DNA of 64,000 bases. Origin: the human T2T-CHM13v2.0 reference genome, Homo sapiens. How positions within the stretch are numbered: position 1 is the stretch's first letter; every line of letters starts with the position of its first letter. Positions 37,830 to 49,681 of the stretch are shown in pieces. The notes under the pieces are model-generated. The model saw only the letters and a program-made list of their open reading frames with translations. It was not told the origin of the DNA and made no database searches. The DNA lies in the NCBI RefSeq assembly GCF_009914755.1, contig NC_060934.1; one strand, written 5' to 3'. The position numbers and the translations under genes were made by a program.

Positions 37830-40689
37830 TAGAAAGAGGAAACACGATGTAGGTCAAGGAAACTCAGATCTACATAAAGGAAGGCACGACATTAGAGAAG
37901 CAATAAGTGAGGATAAAATAAAAATTTTTACTTTTTAAAATTCTCAGTTGATCTAACAGATAATGGTTTGTTCAAAATAGTGATAGCAACATTGTATTTG
38001 ATGATTATAGCTTATGTATAAGTGCAGTGAATTACAACAATGGTACAAGGGACAGGAGAGAGGAATTAATAATATGTTGTTATACCCCTGAACCTAAAAT
38101 CAAAGTTTTTAAAAAAAGATATCTGCCCTAGTTGTGAAGTGATATAGTACTATTGAAAGTGGATTTGGGTTAGTTATAAGTGTATATTGGAAACTGCAAG
38201 GTAGCCACAAAAAATGTAAAAAAGAAGAAGTATAACTGATATGCTAAAAAAAACAGAGAGAAAATGGAATCATAGAAAATGCTCAGTTCAAGCCACAAAA
38301 GGAAGAAAGAGTGGAAAGCAAAGATAGAAACAAAGTACAAAGGCAATGAATAGAAAACAATAACAAATATAGTAGATATAAATTCAACTATATCAATAAT
38401 CCCCAAATATTTGGAGATTAAACAACATAATTCTAAATAATACATGGTTCAAAGAAGACATTTCAAAAGAAATTAAAAAAAATTGAACTCCATGAACATA
38501 CACCTGATTGAAATTTGTGGAATATAGCAAAAACAGTGTTTAGAGGAAAATTTATAGCATTGAATGCTTATATTTATAAGAGAAGAAAGATCTAAAATCA
38601 ATAATCTAAGCTTCCACTTTAGAAACTAGAAAAACAAGAGCAAATTAAATCCAAAATAAGCTGAAGAAAATAAATAATAAAAATTAGAGCAGAAGTCAAT
38701 GAAATTGAAAACAGAAAATCAATAGAGAAAAATCAATGAAATGAAAAGCTGTTTTTTTTAAAGACCTCTTTCTATGAGATCAGGATTGACCTAAAATTAA
38801 ACAAAAGGCATTATAAGAAAGGAAACTACAAGCTAATATCTCTCATGAACATAGATGAGAAAATTCTCAACAAAATATTAGCAAATTTTATCTAACAATT
38901 ATAAAGATAATTATATGCCATGACCAAGTAGGATTTATCCCACATATGCAAGGCTGGTTTAACAATCCAAAATCAATTTAAGTAATCCATCTCAATAGGC
39001 TAAAAAAGAAAAACTGCCTGATCATATAAATAGAACCAGAAAAAGCATTTGCAAAATTCTACACTCATTCATGGTAAATCTTCAACTTGACAAAGACAGC
39101 TACAAAAACCTATAGCTAACAACACACTTGATGAGAAACTAGAAGTTTTCCTGCTAAGATCAAGTAAGAGGCAGAGATGTTCTTTTCTCATCACTCCTTT
39201 TTCAATAGTTTTGGGAAGTTGAGCTAATACAATAAGAAAATAAAATAAAAGGTATACTAATTGGGAAAAAATAAAACTGCTTTTGTTTGAAGAACACATG
39301 ATAATCTAAATAGAAAATCTGAAAGAATCAACAAAATACTCCTTGATTATAGCAAGGTTGTAGGATGCAAGGTTAGTATATGAAAGTTAAATATTTTCCT
39401 ATATGCCATCAATGAACAAGTAAAAGTTCACATTGAAAACACAAAATCATTTTCATTAGCACTTCCAAATATAAAATACCTAGGTATAAATCTAACAAAA
39501 TGTGTACAAAGTCTATATGAGGTAAATGACAAAACTCTGGAAGAAATAAATAGAGAGATATTCCATTTTCATGGGTTTAACGGCTCAATATTGTCAAGAT
39601 GTCACTTTTTCCCAACTGGACATATAGAGTCAACACAGTCCCAATCAAAATCCCAGTAAAATATATATTTTTTGGGATGAACAAACTAATATTAAGGTTT
39701 ATATGGAGAGTCAAAGGTCTAGAATTAGCAACCTGTTACTGAGGGAGAACAACAGTGGAGGACTGTCAGTATTTGACTTCAAGACTTCCTATAAGGCTAC
39801 GCTAATCACAATGTGGTATTGGTAAATGAATGACCAATAAATCAATGAAACAAAATAAAGATCTCAGAGATAGACCATAAATATCATCAACTGATCTTGG
39901 GCAAAGAAACAAAAGCAATACAATGGAGCAAAGACATCTTTTCAACAAATGGACCTGGAACACTTGGACATCCATATGCATAAGAATAAATCTAGATTTA
40001 GGCTTTATGCTCTTCACAAAAATGCACTCAAAATGGATTATAGACCTAAATGTAAAGAGCAGACTTAATAAAAACTCCTAGAAGATAATACGAGAAAATC
40101 TAGGTGACCTACAGTATGGCTATGAATTTTTAGATTCAACACCAAAAACATGGTCCATGAAAGAAATAATTGATAAGCTGAACTTCATTTTAAAACTTCT
40201 GCTCTGATGAAGATCCTGTCAAAAAAATAAGAAAAGCCAAAGATTTGGAGAAAATATTTGCAAAAGATCTATCTGATAAAGACTTTATCCAAAATAGACA
40301 AAGAATTCTTAGAACCTCAACAATAAGAAAGTAAACACTGATTTAAAAATGGTCAAAACACTTGAACAGATACCACACCAAAGGAGATACACAGATGGCA
40401 AGCGAGCAATCAAGAAGATGCTCCACATCATATCCCATTAGGAAATTGTAAATTAAGACAACAGCGAGATGCTACAACACGCCTATTAGAATCACCAAAA
40501 TTCTGAACACTGGCAACACCAGGTACTGGGGAGGATGTAGAATAACAGGAACTCTCATTCACTGCTGGTGGGAATAGAAATGGTACAGCTATTTTGGAAG
40601 GCAGTTTGGCAGTTTCTTACAAAACTACACACTCTTGCCGTATGATGCAGTAATCTCTTTAGCGTGTACTCAAATGAGTTGTGCAAGTG

Positions 40690-41020
40690 TCAATAGTTAA
40701 GATGAGGTCATACTGAATAAGGGAGGGCTCCATAGCCAACACTGCTATCCTTGTAAGGAGAGGAGAGGACACACAGATGCACAGAGAAGGTCACATGTAG
40801 ACGGAGATAGAGCTTGGAGTGAAACAGTCATGAGCCAAGGGATGCAGGAGTCACCAGAATCTGCACTGGGCAAAGAAGGGTCCTTGCTAAGAGTTGTTTA
40901 CAATGGTGTGGTCCTGCAGACACCTTGATTTTGGACATCTGGCCTCCAGAACTGTGAGATAATAAATCTCTCTTGTTTTAAGCCGGCAAGTGTGCTGTGA
41001 TTTCTTACGGCAGCTCCAGT
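40690..41020 (+). mobile_element. MLT1B/C-like MaLR LTR, 5'-truncated
   Basis: AGTTAAGATGAGGTCATACTG...GACACCTTGATTTTGGAC..CTGGCCTCCAGAACTGTGAGATAATAAAT. Confidence 0.85.
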
Positions 41021-41059
41021 GGTCAGGTGCAATGCAATGAACATAAACATGGACACTGG

Positions 41060-41225
41060 AGAAGCTCTGGTTTCAAATTTGGACATTCTTATTTACCCTT
41101 TAACCTTGTGCTGGTAACCTAACCTCTCAACCTCAGTCTCCTTATCTGTTTAAATAGGGATAATCATACAGATACACTGCATGGTGGGTGTGAAGATTAA
41201 ATTAGGCAGCACATGTACAATGCCG
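41060..41225 (+). mobile_element. MIR SINE
   Basis: CCTCAGTCTCCTTATCTGTTTAAATAGGGATAATCATA...GTGAAGATTAAAT. Confidence 0.75.
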
Positions 41226-41523
41226 AGAGAGAGAATATCCTTTCCTCCTCTGCTCCTCACATTCCTGCCTTGGTCCACTGAGGAGAAGGAGAGATGTCTG
41301 TTCCGCTCCCCACCCAAGGAGCAGTAGAGTGCTCCTTCTCAGCCTCCTATTCACTCCTCCTCAATCGTCGGACATCTGTTCCATCAGAACTCAGGGCCTG
41401 ATATTCACTGGCTCCTGTCTTTCTAATGGTCATTGCCCCTGTATAGGTGAAATCAGGCTGTCTTTCCATCTCTCCCACTGTCTCCTCCTTGGGAAAAGTT
41501 GGCCCATCTGTTTGTTGGTCCCC

Positions 41524-41940
41524 TGATACAGTTTGGATGTTTGTCCCCTCCAAATATCACGTTAAAATGTAATCCCCAATGTGGGAGGTGGAGCCTAGTA
41601 GGAGAGGTGATTGGCTCATGGAGGCAAATCCCCCATGAATGGTTTAGGGTTGTCCTCTTGGTGATGAGTGAGTTCTTGCACAGTTCACACAAGATCTTGC
41701 TGTTTAAAAAAGTGTGGCACCTCTTGCTTTTCTCTCTTGCTCCAGCTCTCCCCATGTGATGTGCCTGATCCCCCTTCATCTTCCACCATGATCATGAACT
41801 TCCTGAGGCCCTCACCTGAAGCAGATGCTGAAGCCATCCTTGTAAGGCCTGCAGAACCATGAGCCAATTCAACCTCTTTTCTTGATAAATTACCCAGCCT
41901 CAGGTATTCCTTTATAGCAATGTGAAAATGGATGAATCCA
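41524..41940 (+). mobile_element. MSTB-like MaLR solo LTR
   Basis: TG...CA termini; TGATACAGTTTGGATGTTTGTCCCCTCCAAA...CCTGCAGAACCATGAGCCAATT...AATTACCCAGCCTCAGGTATTCCTTTATAGCAA. Confidence 0.9.
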
Positions 41941-42980
41941 TTCCCCCCCACCCCCACACGTCTGAGTGTGTGGGGCAGGCCTAGATTCCACACCCTGCAA
42001 GTTGGTTGGGGCAGCCTCTTTGGAGTCTTCTAGGTGTTTGTCCTATCTTTGTACTGACCAAGTTGGCTGATTACAAGAAAAAGATCTACCGAATGACCAG
42101 TCCTAAGCTATATTTTCCCAATTGGGGTTTAGCAGAGATTCCTGTAGTTGGAGTTGCGGATTCTTGTAGGACTGATAAGCACTGGAATTTATTTCCTGTT
42201 CGTGACTATGCTCCGTGAGGAGAAGGCATGAGTGGCCCTGCAATCCCCAAAAAGCCACCAAAGTCCTCAGACAGCACCAATTCCCTCACAGTCCTTGCTG
42301 GCTTGCTCCTGGAAGGAAGAATATAATTTACAAAGGTGTATGTATAAATATATAGATGGCAGTGATAACACCTGTTCATTTAACCTAAAAATATAAAAAG
42401 GGAAAGAGATTTGATGGGAGACTCACTCGTCCTGCAAACTTGGAATTACCAATTTATCTTATTTTCAGTAGACTGGCTTCTCTATCATGCTCATCACAGT
42501 GAGACCCTGGATAATGACTAATGGCCTCAGCAGGTGAAAAATGCTTCTATTCATGAACAGAGCTTCATTATACTGCTCCTGCCTAGGCTGAAAATTTTTG
42601 TTGGCTTCAAGTAAAAGATTCTATCCTGATAAATCCCACTGGTAAGAGAAAAAGTTTGTGTTCTCATAGTGTGCTGGAATTTCACAACATGTATCTTCCA
42701 CAGCAGGTCTCAAGCTCCAAAAAAAAAAAAAAAAAAAAATCACTGTACCTAAAAAAGGCCATGTGATCGATTTTGCAAAAATGAGTCTGTCTTTTTTACC
42801 TCTTGTTATCTGCTAGTCTTTCTTTCTACATGCAGCTCTAGTTTTCCTTCCCTTGCCCATAGCCTGTTTTCCATTCATGCCACAAACAGCACCCTGCATA
42901 CTGAAGGGTGCAGGGTATGCCAGCCCTCTCATACGACAGGAAGTGCTGTGGGTTCAGCCTCATCATAGACTCTTGGGGCC

Positions 42981-43398
42981 TATGCTAGCCCATTTTTGCA
43001 TTGCTATGAAGGAGTATCTGAGGCTGGGTAATTTACAAAGAAAAGAGGTTTATTTGGCTCATGGTTCTGCAGGCTGTGCAGGAAGCATGGCTCCAGCATC
43101 TGCTTATGGGGAGGTCTCAGGAAGCTTCCAATCATTTTGGAAGGTAAAGGAGAAGTTGGTATATCACATGGTGAGAGCAGGAGCAAGAGAGAGAGGTAGG
43201 AGGTGCCACACTCTTTTAAACAACCAGATCTCTTATGAACTCAGAGTAAGAACTCACTCATTACAGTGAGGAGGGAACCAAACCGTACCTGAGGGATCCA
43301 CCCCCGTGACTCAAACACCTCCCACCATGCCCTGCCTCCAACAATGGGGATTACATTTCAACATAAAATCTGGAGGACACAAGCATCCAAACCATATC
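42981..43398 (-). mobile_element. MSTB-like MaLR solo LTR
   Basis: Reverse complement of the same family (GAGGCTGGGTAATTTACAAAGAAAAGAGG...CATCCAAACCATATC); GGCC on both flanks. Confidence 0.9.
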
Positions 43399-43984
43399 TG
43401 GCCATCTCTTGGTAATTCATTAACTCATTGACTTATCAGCACTCCTCTTGGCTTCTGTGCCTGCTCAGACACTGCACTCTAGCCCTTGTTCTTGCCTAAG
43501 AGCTGGGCTTTTGCCCTGCAAACCCTCTTGTATCCTAATGCAGAAACCAAAACTCCACTTTATTCTCTTGATTTGTACTCAATACCTCTCCTTCCTCAGG
43601 GACCGGTTTTGCCTTTCTGAAATGAGCATTGTGTCCATGTACCTGATTCCCTCTATGTGATGCTAGGTCCACCCATGGCTGACTTCCCACCCATCGAATC
43701 TACAGGCTGTCTGTATGCTGTGCTCTGATACCATATTTTTCTTTACTTCATTTGTCTTCATGGTGCAATAGAGGTGTAATGGGGGATCAGGGGGCAAGGA
43801 GGCTTTCCAGAAGTGGTGAGGTCTAACCTGATGTTCTGTTTTTATCGCCGCCTGTGAGTTTTCCCTGAAGCAAGCTCTGTCTTTGTGGAAGCTTCAGCAT
43901 AATGGGATATCTGAGCACAACACTCAGGACCGTCAGGATTTGATGCTTTGAGGCTACTTGCCAAGGCTACTTTTCCAGCTTCAT

Positions 43985-44072
43985 TGCACACTGTGCCAGC
44001 GTTTTCTTCCCAAGTTTTGAGATTCAGCTGCACACTGCGGCAGTGTTTTCTTCCCAAGTTTTGAGGTTCAGC
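43985..44072. repeat. 44-bp tandem duplication (4 mismatches)
   Basis: TGCACACTGTGCCAGCGTTTTCTTCCCAAGTTTTGAGATTCAGC / TGCACACTGCGGCAGTGTTTTCTTCCCAAGTTTTGAGGTTCAGC. Confidence 0.95.
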
Positions 44073-46129
44073 TGTACTGAAGTACTTGTCATTTCTTGAG
44101 CACTTCATGCTTTCTTACATCTCCTTTGCATCTCATGTGATGCAGTTGACAATCTTGTTTGTTTGGTCTTTCCTGACCCCTTACCCTGCAACCCACCAGC
44201 AAGTTAGATGGTGGCCTATGTTCTTCAAAAATCCTATCACTGGGGTTTTCTGGTTTATTGGTCCTACCCATCCTGTTCTCACCTGTTCAGATCTTGATCA
44301 AGCACCAGGTTTTGAAGTCATCTTTCCCTTTAACTCTAGCCCCAAAATGTCTCCTTTCTCAATTATAGTAGCTGCTGTCTTGACTACACGTATAGCATTT
44401 AACCTTAACATTGTTTCCTAGTTTAATGATGATGTGTGTACACCCTTTCTGGTGGCAGGGACTCTGGCTATATTATATTTCCCTAAGACACTAGAATAGT
44501 AAGGGGTGGGGCTCTTGATAAGCTAGATACAAGCTTATTTTCCTTTCTTTGGGAGAGACATGCTCCTGGTTCCAGAAGCCCCCTTGACTCAGCATCTGAT
44601 GCCTTAAACACTATCCCTCAGAGGTTCCAGGACTAAAGAATTCACAGACCACATGCTCTAGTGTTGATGGTTCCTATTGTTAGTCTATCTTTATCATTTA
44701 TAAGTTAATCTAATACATCAATGGGGACAATTTCCCATACAAATAATTGTCCTATTTAAAATTGAACTCGATTGCATTAATCTACAGTTTCACTAGATCT
44801 CTCCATGACACATGCAGTTTTTTAGAAGTCATGGTGATTTACAAGTAGAAGATTCTGCATTTGATGGGCCAGGGTTTCCTGGAGTTCTAATCCAAGCCCT
44901 ATTCACTATAGATCAAGCCACTGTACCTCCTTTTCCAGAAGGGTAGGAAACCCAAACTCAGTCTGATGCGGTTATACTTAAGTAAACAAACACACACCTT
45001 ACCTAGAGGCCCAGAACAAATAACAAACAATCGGGGAAGAGGGCATGACCTCTCAGGTAGATTACCTCCTCATTGTCATTTCTATTAGGGTAGAATGGCT
45101 GATTTAACAGAAGGTCTGTCTCCACTGGGGACTCCCTGGTTGTGCTGATGTTTGCTGTAGTTACCAGCCTAATGGCTGCTTTGTAAGTTGTTTGGATTTG
45201 CTAATAATTCCTAATGAGGATAATTAAGCAAACAAAGCAATGGGTAGAGAATAGGGTGTGTAAATACGGATACATTTAATGATGCACTGACTGATGATTT
45301 CTGTTCCTTGGTTGTTAACTGTGAGAATCTACCCCAAAGATGCTTGAGGTGTGAGCAGACACAGGGCGCTGCCACAGTTGCTTTTTCTGGATCTCTGTAC
45401 TATCCTCCCCTCCCTTAACACCCCTTCCACTCTCCTTTACTTCTTTCTTTCTCCTTCCCTCCCACCTCACTCCCTCCTGCCCTTCCTCTTCCTCCCTGTG
45501 AGAGGACGAGTTAGGTCAGGTCAATACATTGGCAGGGGTTTTAGGGAAAGGGTGGTTATTCTCCATGAATCTAACCAATTAGGCTTCTTGCATGGATGGA
45601 GAGTTTTAGGGGGTTGGTGGGTTAGAAAGCAGTGTGACTTGGCAACTGCCAAGGGACTGGGGGACAAAACCGCTGAGAGGACTGCTGGTCTGGCTGGCAA
45701 AGGCAGTGGAGTTGGGAGTCAAATATGGCGAGGTGACAGGACAGGTCTGTGATAGACACCCCCCCAGCAGAAGCAACTGGACCCAGGTGAATGGAGGCTG
45801 TTCTTTGGAAGCGATGAAATGGAACTTTGGCAAAATGAAATGATTTCAATTTCAAGAACTTCACAGGGGAGTTTGGAAGGAAGCTCCTGTGATTAAGTGT
45901 GGGTTTGGGAAAGAATAGAGCAGAGTCCAGTCTGCGAAAAGAGCCACTGCAGTGCCTTAGGGCACTTCTACAAACATGAACCAAAAGGACACAGGAGTGC
46001 TGCCCAGACAGCAGGGGACACGTCTGGTCATGTGGGTTACCTGAGCTTGTGTGTATGTGGGTCACAGTCATCTGTATTTAACATAGTGTAAATTAACACA
46101 GAGAAAAATGTGAAGGATCAGAATTTATA

Positions 46130-46340
46130 AGCACGTGTTCCATTAGTCAAAGGAGAAACGATATCATCATACACCGTGGAGCTTCTGAAAAACTCCTCTG
46201 TACCCCGGTGAGAGGATGAAGGTGTGTGAGACAAGGCAAATAATGTCTTAGGATGATTACAAAAATTGTTTTGACTTTGTACACTCCTTAGAAAAATCTA
46301 GCTATCCCTGTAGGTCCCCATACTATGCTTTGAGAATTAT
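46130..46340 (-). mobile_element. hAT-Charlie element end (MER119/Charlie1-like)
   Basis: AAGGCAAATAATGTCTTAGGATGATTACAAAAATTGTTTTGACT...CTTTGAGAA. Confidence 0.6.
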
Positions 46341-46529
46341 TCTCAGGAAAGAGAGGATGAGTGTAGATTTCCATATAAGATGAGAGATGAAGAAAATAAG
46401 AACCATTGTCTATTGTGTAGAAGCTCAATTATAATTTCATTCTTGCACCAGATGAGCCTTGAAAACAGAAACCACCACTAGCCTGTTTCTTAGCCCCTGT
46501 CACTCACCATCTCCCTTGCTCTAGGTGTC

Positions 46530-46660
46530 TGGGGTTCTGTCTGTGTCTGTCTCTGTCTTTCTCTTCCTCTGCGTTGCTTTTCCCTTTTTTTCACTTCCTC
46601 TCCCTCTTTGACTCTCTCTCCTCTTACCCTCTCCTCTTTTTTTCTCCTCTCGGCTTCTTC
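46530..46660. repeat. CT-rich low-complexity tract
   Basis: Direct reading. Confidence 0.75.
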
Positions 46661-47011
46661 AGCTCTCTCACTGAATGTCTGTATCTCTGTATTTTTTCTT
46701 TCTCCGAAAGTAACCAGTATCCCCCTTTCACTCTCAGTATTGTTCATTTGCCCCTTCCCGTATGTTTTCTTGATATATCTTGCCAAAGTTGACAACTGTG
46801 CTTGTCTTTTCAACAAATCAGTTTTTGGCCATTAAAAATATTATTTGCTATGACATTAATTTCTCCCCCTTATGCTTCTCTTTCTTCTATGTTCTTTGGA
46901 TGTATTCCAACAGTCCTTTTCTCCCCCTAAATTTTTAAGTACTATGCTTAGCTTATTTTTAGTCCTTTTCAAATGTATGTGTGTAAGGCTGTAACCCTCC
47001 AGGTATAATTT

Positions 47012-47535
47012 TATTCTTTTAAAATTTTCATTTAACTTTAGACTCAGGGGGTATATGTGCAGGTTTGCTGCAAAGGCATATTGCATGATGCTGAGGTTTG
47101 GGCTTCTATTGAATCCATCGCCCAAGTAGTGAGCCTAGTACCCAATAGAAAGTTCTTCAGTCCTTGCCGTTCTCTCCCACTCACCATTCTTGCAGTCCCC
47201 AGTGTTTATTGCCTTCATCTTTATGTCTGTGTGTACTCAAGATTTAGCTCCTACTTATAGGTGAAAATATGTGTTATTTGGTTTTCTGTTACTGTGTTAA
47301 TTTGCTTAGGATAACGGTCTCCAGCTACATCTATGTTGCTGCAAAGGAAAGGATTTCATTCTATTTTATGGCTGCATAGTATTCCATGGTATATATGTAC
47401 CACATTTTCTTTATCCAGTCCACCATGGATGGGCACCTGGGTAGATTCCATGTCTCTGCTATTGTGAATAGGGCTGTGATAAACACAAGAGTGCAGGTAT
47501 CTTTTTGGTAGAACGATTTATTTTTGTTTGGGTAT
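47012..47535 (-). mobile_element. L1PA16/L1PB-like 3' end
   Basis: ORF 47361-47591(-) resembles the ORF2p C-terminus; TSD-like TATAATTTTA on both sides. Confidence 0.9.
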
Positions 47536-47539
47536 AAAT

Positions 47540-48130
47540 ATAATTTTAAATGCATCTCACAGCTTTGATAAATAGTATTTTTAATCGTCATTCAGTTTTA
47601 AGTATTTATATTTTTATTTCTTATTTGACCCATGAAATATTCTCTTGTGTTTTAAAATTTCTAAATATATATGTGTGTATGTATAAATTTTTATGTTATA
47701 TTTTTGATAATGAGTTTTATCCTAATCATGTTCCAGGCAGATCGAAAATGCAATCTGTATGATACCAATTCTTTGAAATTTGAGACTTTATTATGGTTTA
47801 TTACAGACTCAACTTTCATAAATGTTTCATAGCTGCTTGAAAAGAATATATACTCTTTATTTATTGAGTGTACTTGTCATGTACATATACATGAACTCAA
47901 ACTTATTAATTTTGTTAATTATTTTTTGTTGTTCTTTATCTTTTCTGATTTTTTCTTGCTTGATTTATCAAGTCCTAAGAGGGATATCCTGAAACTTCTC
48001 ATGTGATAGAGGATTTCTCTACATTCTCATAATTTTTGCTTTATATATTGTGAATGTTATTATGTGTATAGAAGTTTAGGCTTTTTATATATTTCTGGTG
48101 AGTTGAAACTTTGGTAAGCATAAAATGACT
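47540..48130 (-). mobile_element. Old L1M (ME-like) fragment
   Basis: T-rich antisense L1 signature (TTCTTTGAAATTTGAGAC...TGCTTGAAAAGAATATATACTCT). Confidence 0.6.
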
Positions 48131-49443
48131 TTTATCAAATGACTTGGACCCACCTGAGGGTATTCTCTTTAAGGACTCCTGGCTATTTGAAAAATTCCTG
48201 ACCTAGCCTCATATTATTCTTAGAGATCCAAGCATGTTTCATGTTTTCAGAGAAGTTGTGGCGTATTTAAACATAGATCCCAGGGCTTCAGAGATTAACA
48301 GATGTCCTAATGAAAGCTTCAGTCTTCAGACCTTATCCATTTCTCTAAATTCATGCTTGCTTTGTTTGCTTTTTCTTTTTCTGTTTCCCCCCCAACTCCT
48401 CTGTCTGGCTTCAGATGATTCTCTTACTTCCTGTGTATTTGAAAAGTTTAAAAAATCATTCCTTGACTATTTTATCCATCATCTATGTGTCCTTTATTGG
48501 AGGATTTCTCCATCCAAACATGTATCATGGTGTTTTTCCAGGAATGGAAGTTCCATTCTCAATTCTTCACACATATATTGTGTGTGTCTGTGACTCACCC
48601 TAATTCCTTTACTTTATCCTTTCTTTTATTTAAACTACTATTACCAAGGCAATACTTTCTTTTGTTTTACTGATTATAAAGTAATTCATATATATGGTAG
48701 AAAGTTTGAAAACCAATGCAAAGTATTGTGGAGAAAAAATTACTTGTAATAATCAGTTAGAATCAAATAGCATTTTTGGTGGCCAGGTTTATTGAGATAT
48801 AATTTGTATATCTCAACTTATATAAAATTTACCTCTTTTAACTGTACAAATACATGACTTTTGACAGATATTTATTGCAATGTAATCACCACCACAATCA
48901 TGATCTAGAACATTTCAGACATGTCAGGAAGTTCTTTTATACCCTTTTGCAGTTAATTCTCTCCCTGCAACTCCTGACCCTTGAAAACCACTGATACACC
49001 ATTGATATAGTTTTGTCTGTTCTAGAATTTTACAAATGTAGAATCATATAGTATGAGATCTTCTGTGTTTGTCTTCCTTCACTTACCATAATGCTTTTGA
49101 GAATCAATGCTGTTTCATTTATTTGGAGTCTCATCTTCATTTTAAATTCTGAGTAGTATTGCATCGTATGGATATTTAAAAATTGTTTATCCATTTACCA
49201 TTTGGTAGAAAATTGGATTGTTTCCAGCTTTTGACCATTGTGAGTAAAAAAACTAGTGTGAAAATTCATGTATTCTACAAGTCTTCTTTGGACACAAACC
49301 TTTATTTCACTTGGGTAAATACTTAGGATTGGAATTGCTCAGACATACGGTAAGTTTGTTTTTAACTTTACATGAAACTGCCAACTTTTTTCCAATGTAG
49401 TTGCACCATTTTGGATTTCCACTAGCACCAACACTTGGTATTG

Positions 49444-49681
49444 CAGTTGTCCCTTGGTATCCACAAGGGATTGGTTCCAAGACCCCTCTGCATTCCAAAA
49501 TAAATACTTGTTCAAATCCTGCAGTGGGCCCCATGGAACCAGCAGATACAAACATTCAGCCTCCCATATACACAAGTTTTGCATCCCACGATACGGTATT
49601 TTTAAGCCATGTTTAGTTGAAAAAAATCCACATGTAAATGGACCTGTGCAATTTAAACCTGTGTTATTCAAGGGTTAGTTG
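49444..49681 (+). mobile_element. MER8 TcMar-Tigger MITE nested in the L1
   Basis: CAGTTGTCCCTTGGTATCC...GGATTGGTTCCAAGACCCC...TTGAAAAAAATCCACATGTAAATGGACC...TTCAAGGGTTAGTTG; TIRs, TA on the right flank. Confidence 0.85.

Larger units (their letters stand above)
35130..40682 (+). mobile_element. Large old L1 (L1MC-like): 5'UTR, ORF1 and partly deleted ORF2 remnants
   Basis: ORF 36664-36867 resembles L1 ORF1p (EEEREKGIEQIFKAIINENF...PQIQEAQRIPSRIN); A-rich ORF2-type sequence follows (AAAGACATCTTTTCAACAAATGG, CTCATTCACTGCTGGTGGGAAT). Confidence 0.88.

Noticed and set aside
41524-43398. Two MST LTRs as the ends of one provirus
   Set aside because: Opposite orientations, and the spacer is not recognisable MaLR internal sequence
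43985-44072. Direct repeats as a CRISPR-like array
   Set aside because: Only two abutting copies, no spacers, eukaryotic context
46490-46816. 108-aa Glu/Arg/Lys-rich ORF
   Set aside because: Translation of a CT-rich low-complexity tract
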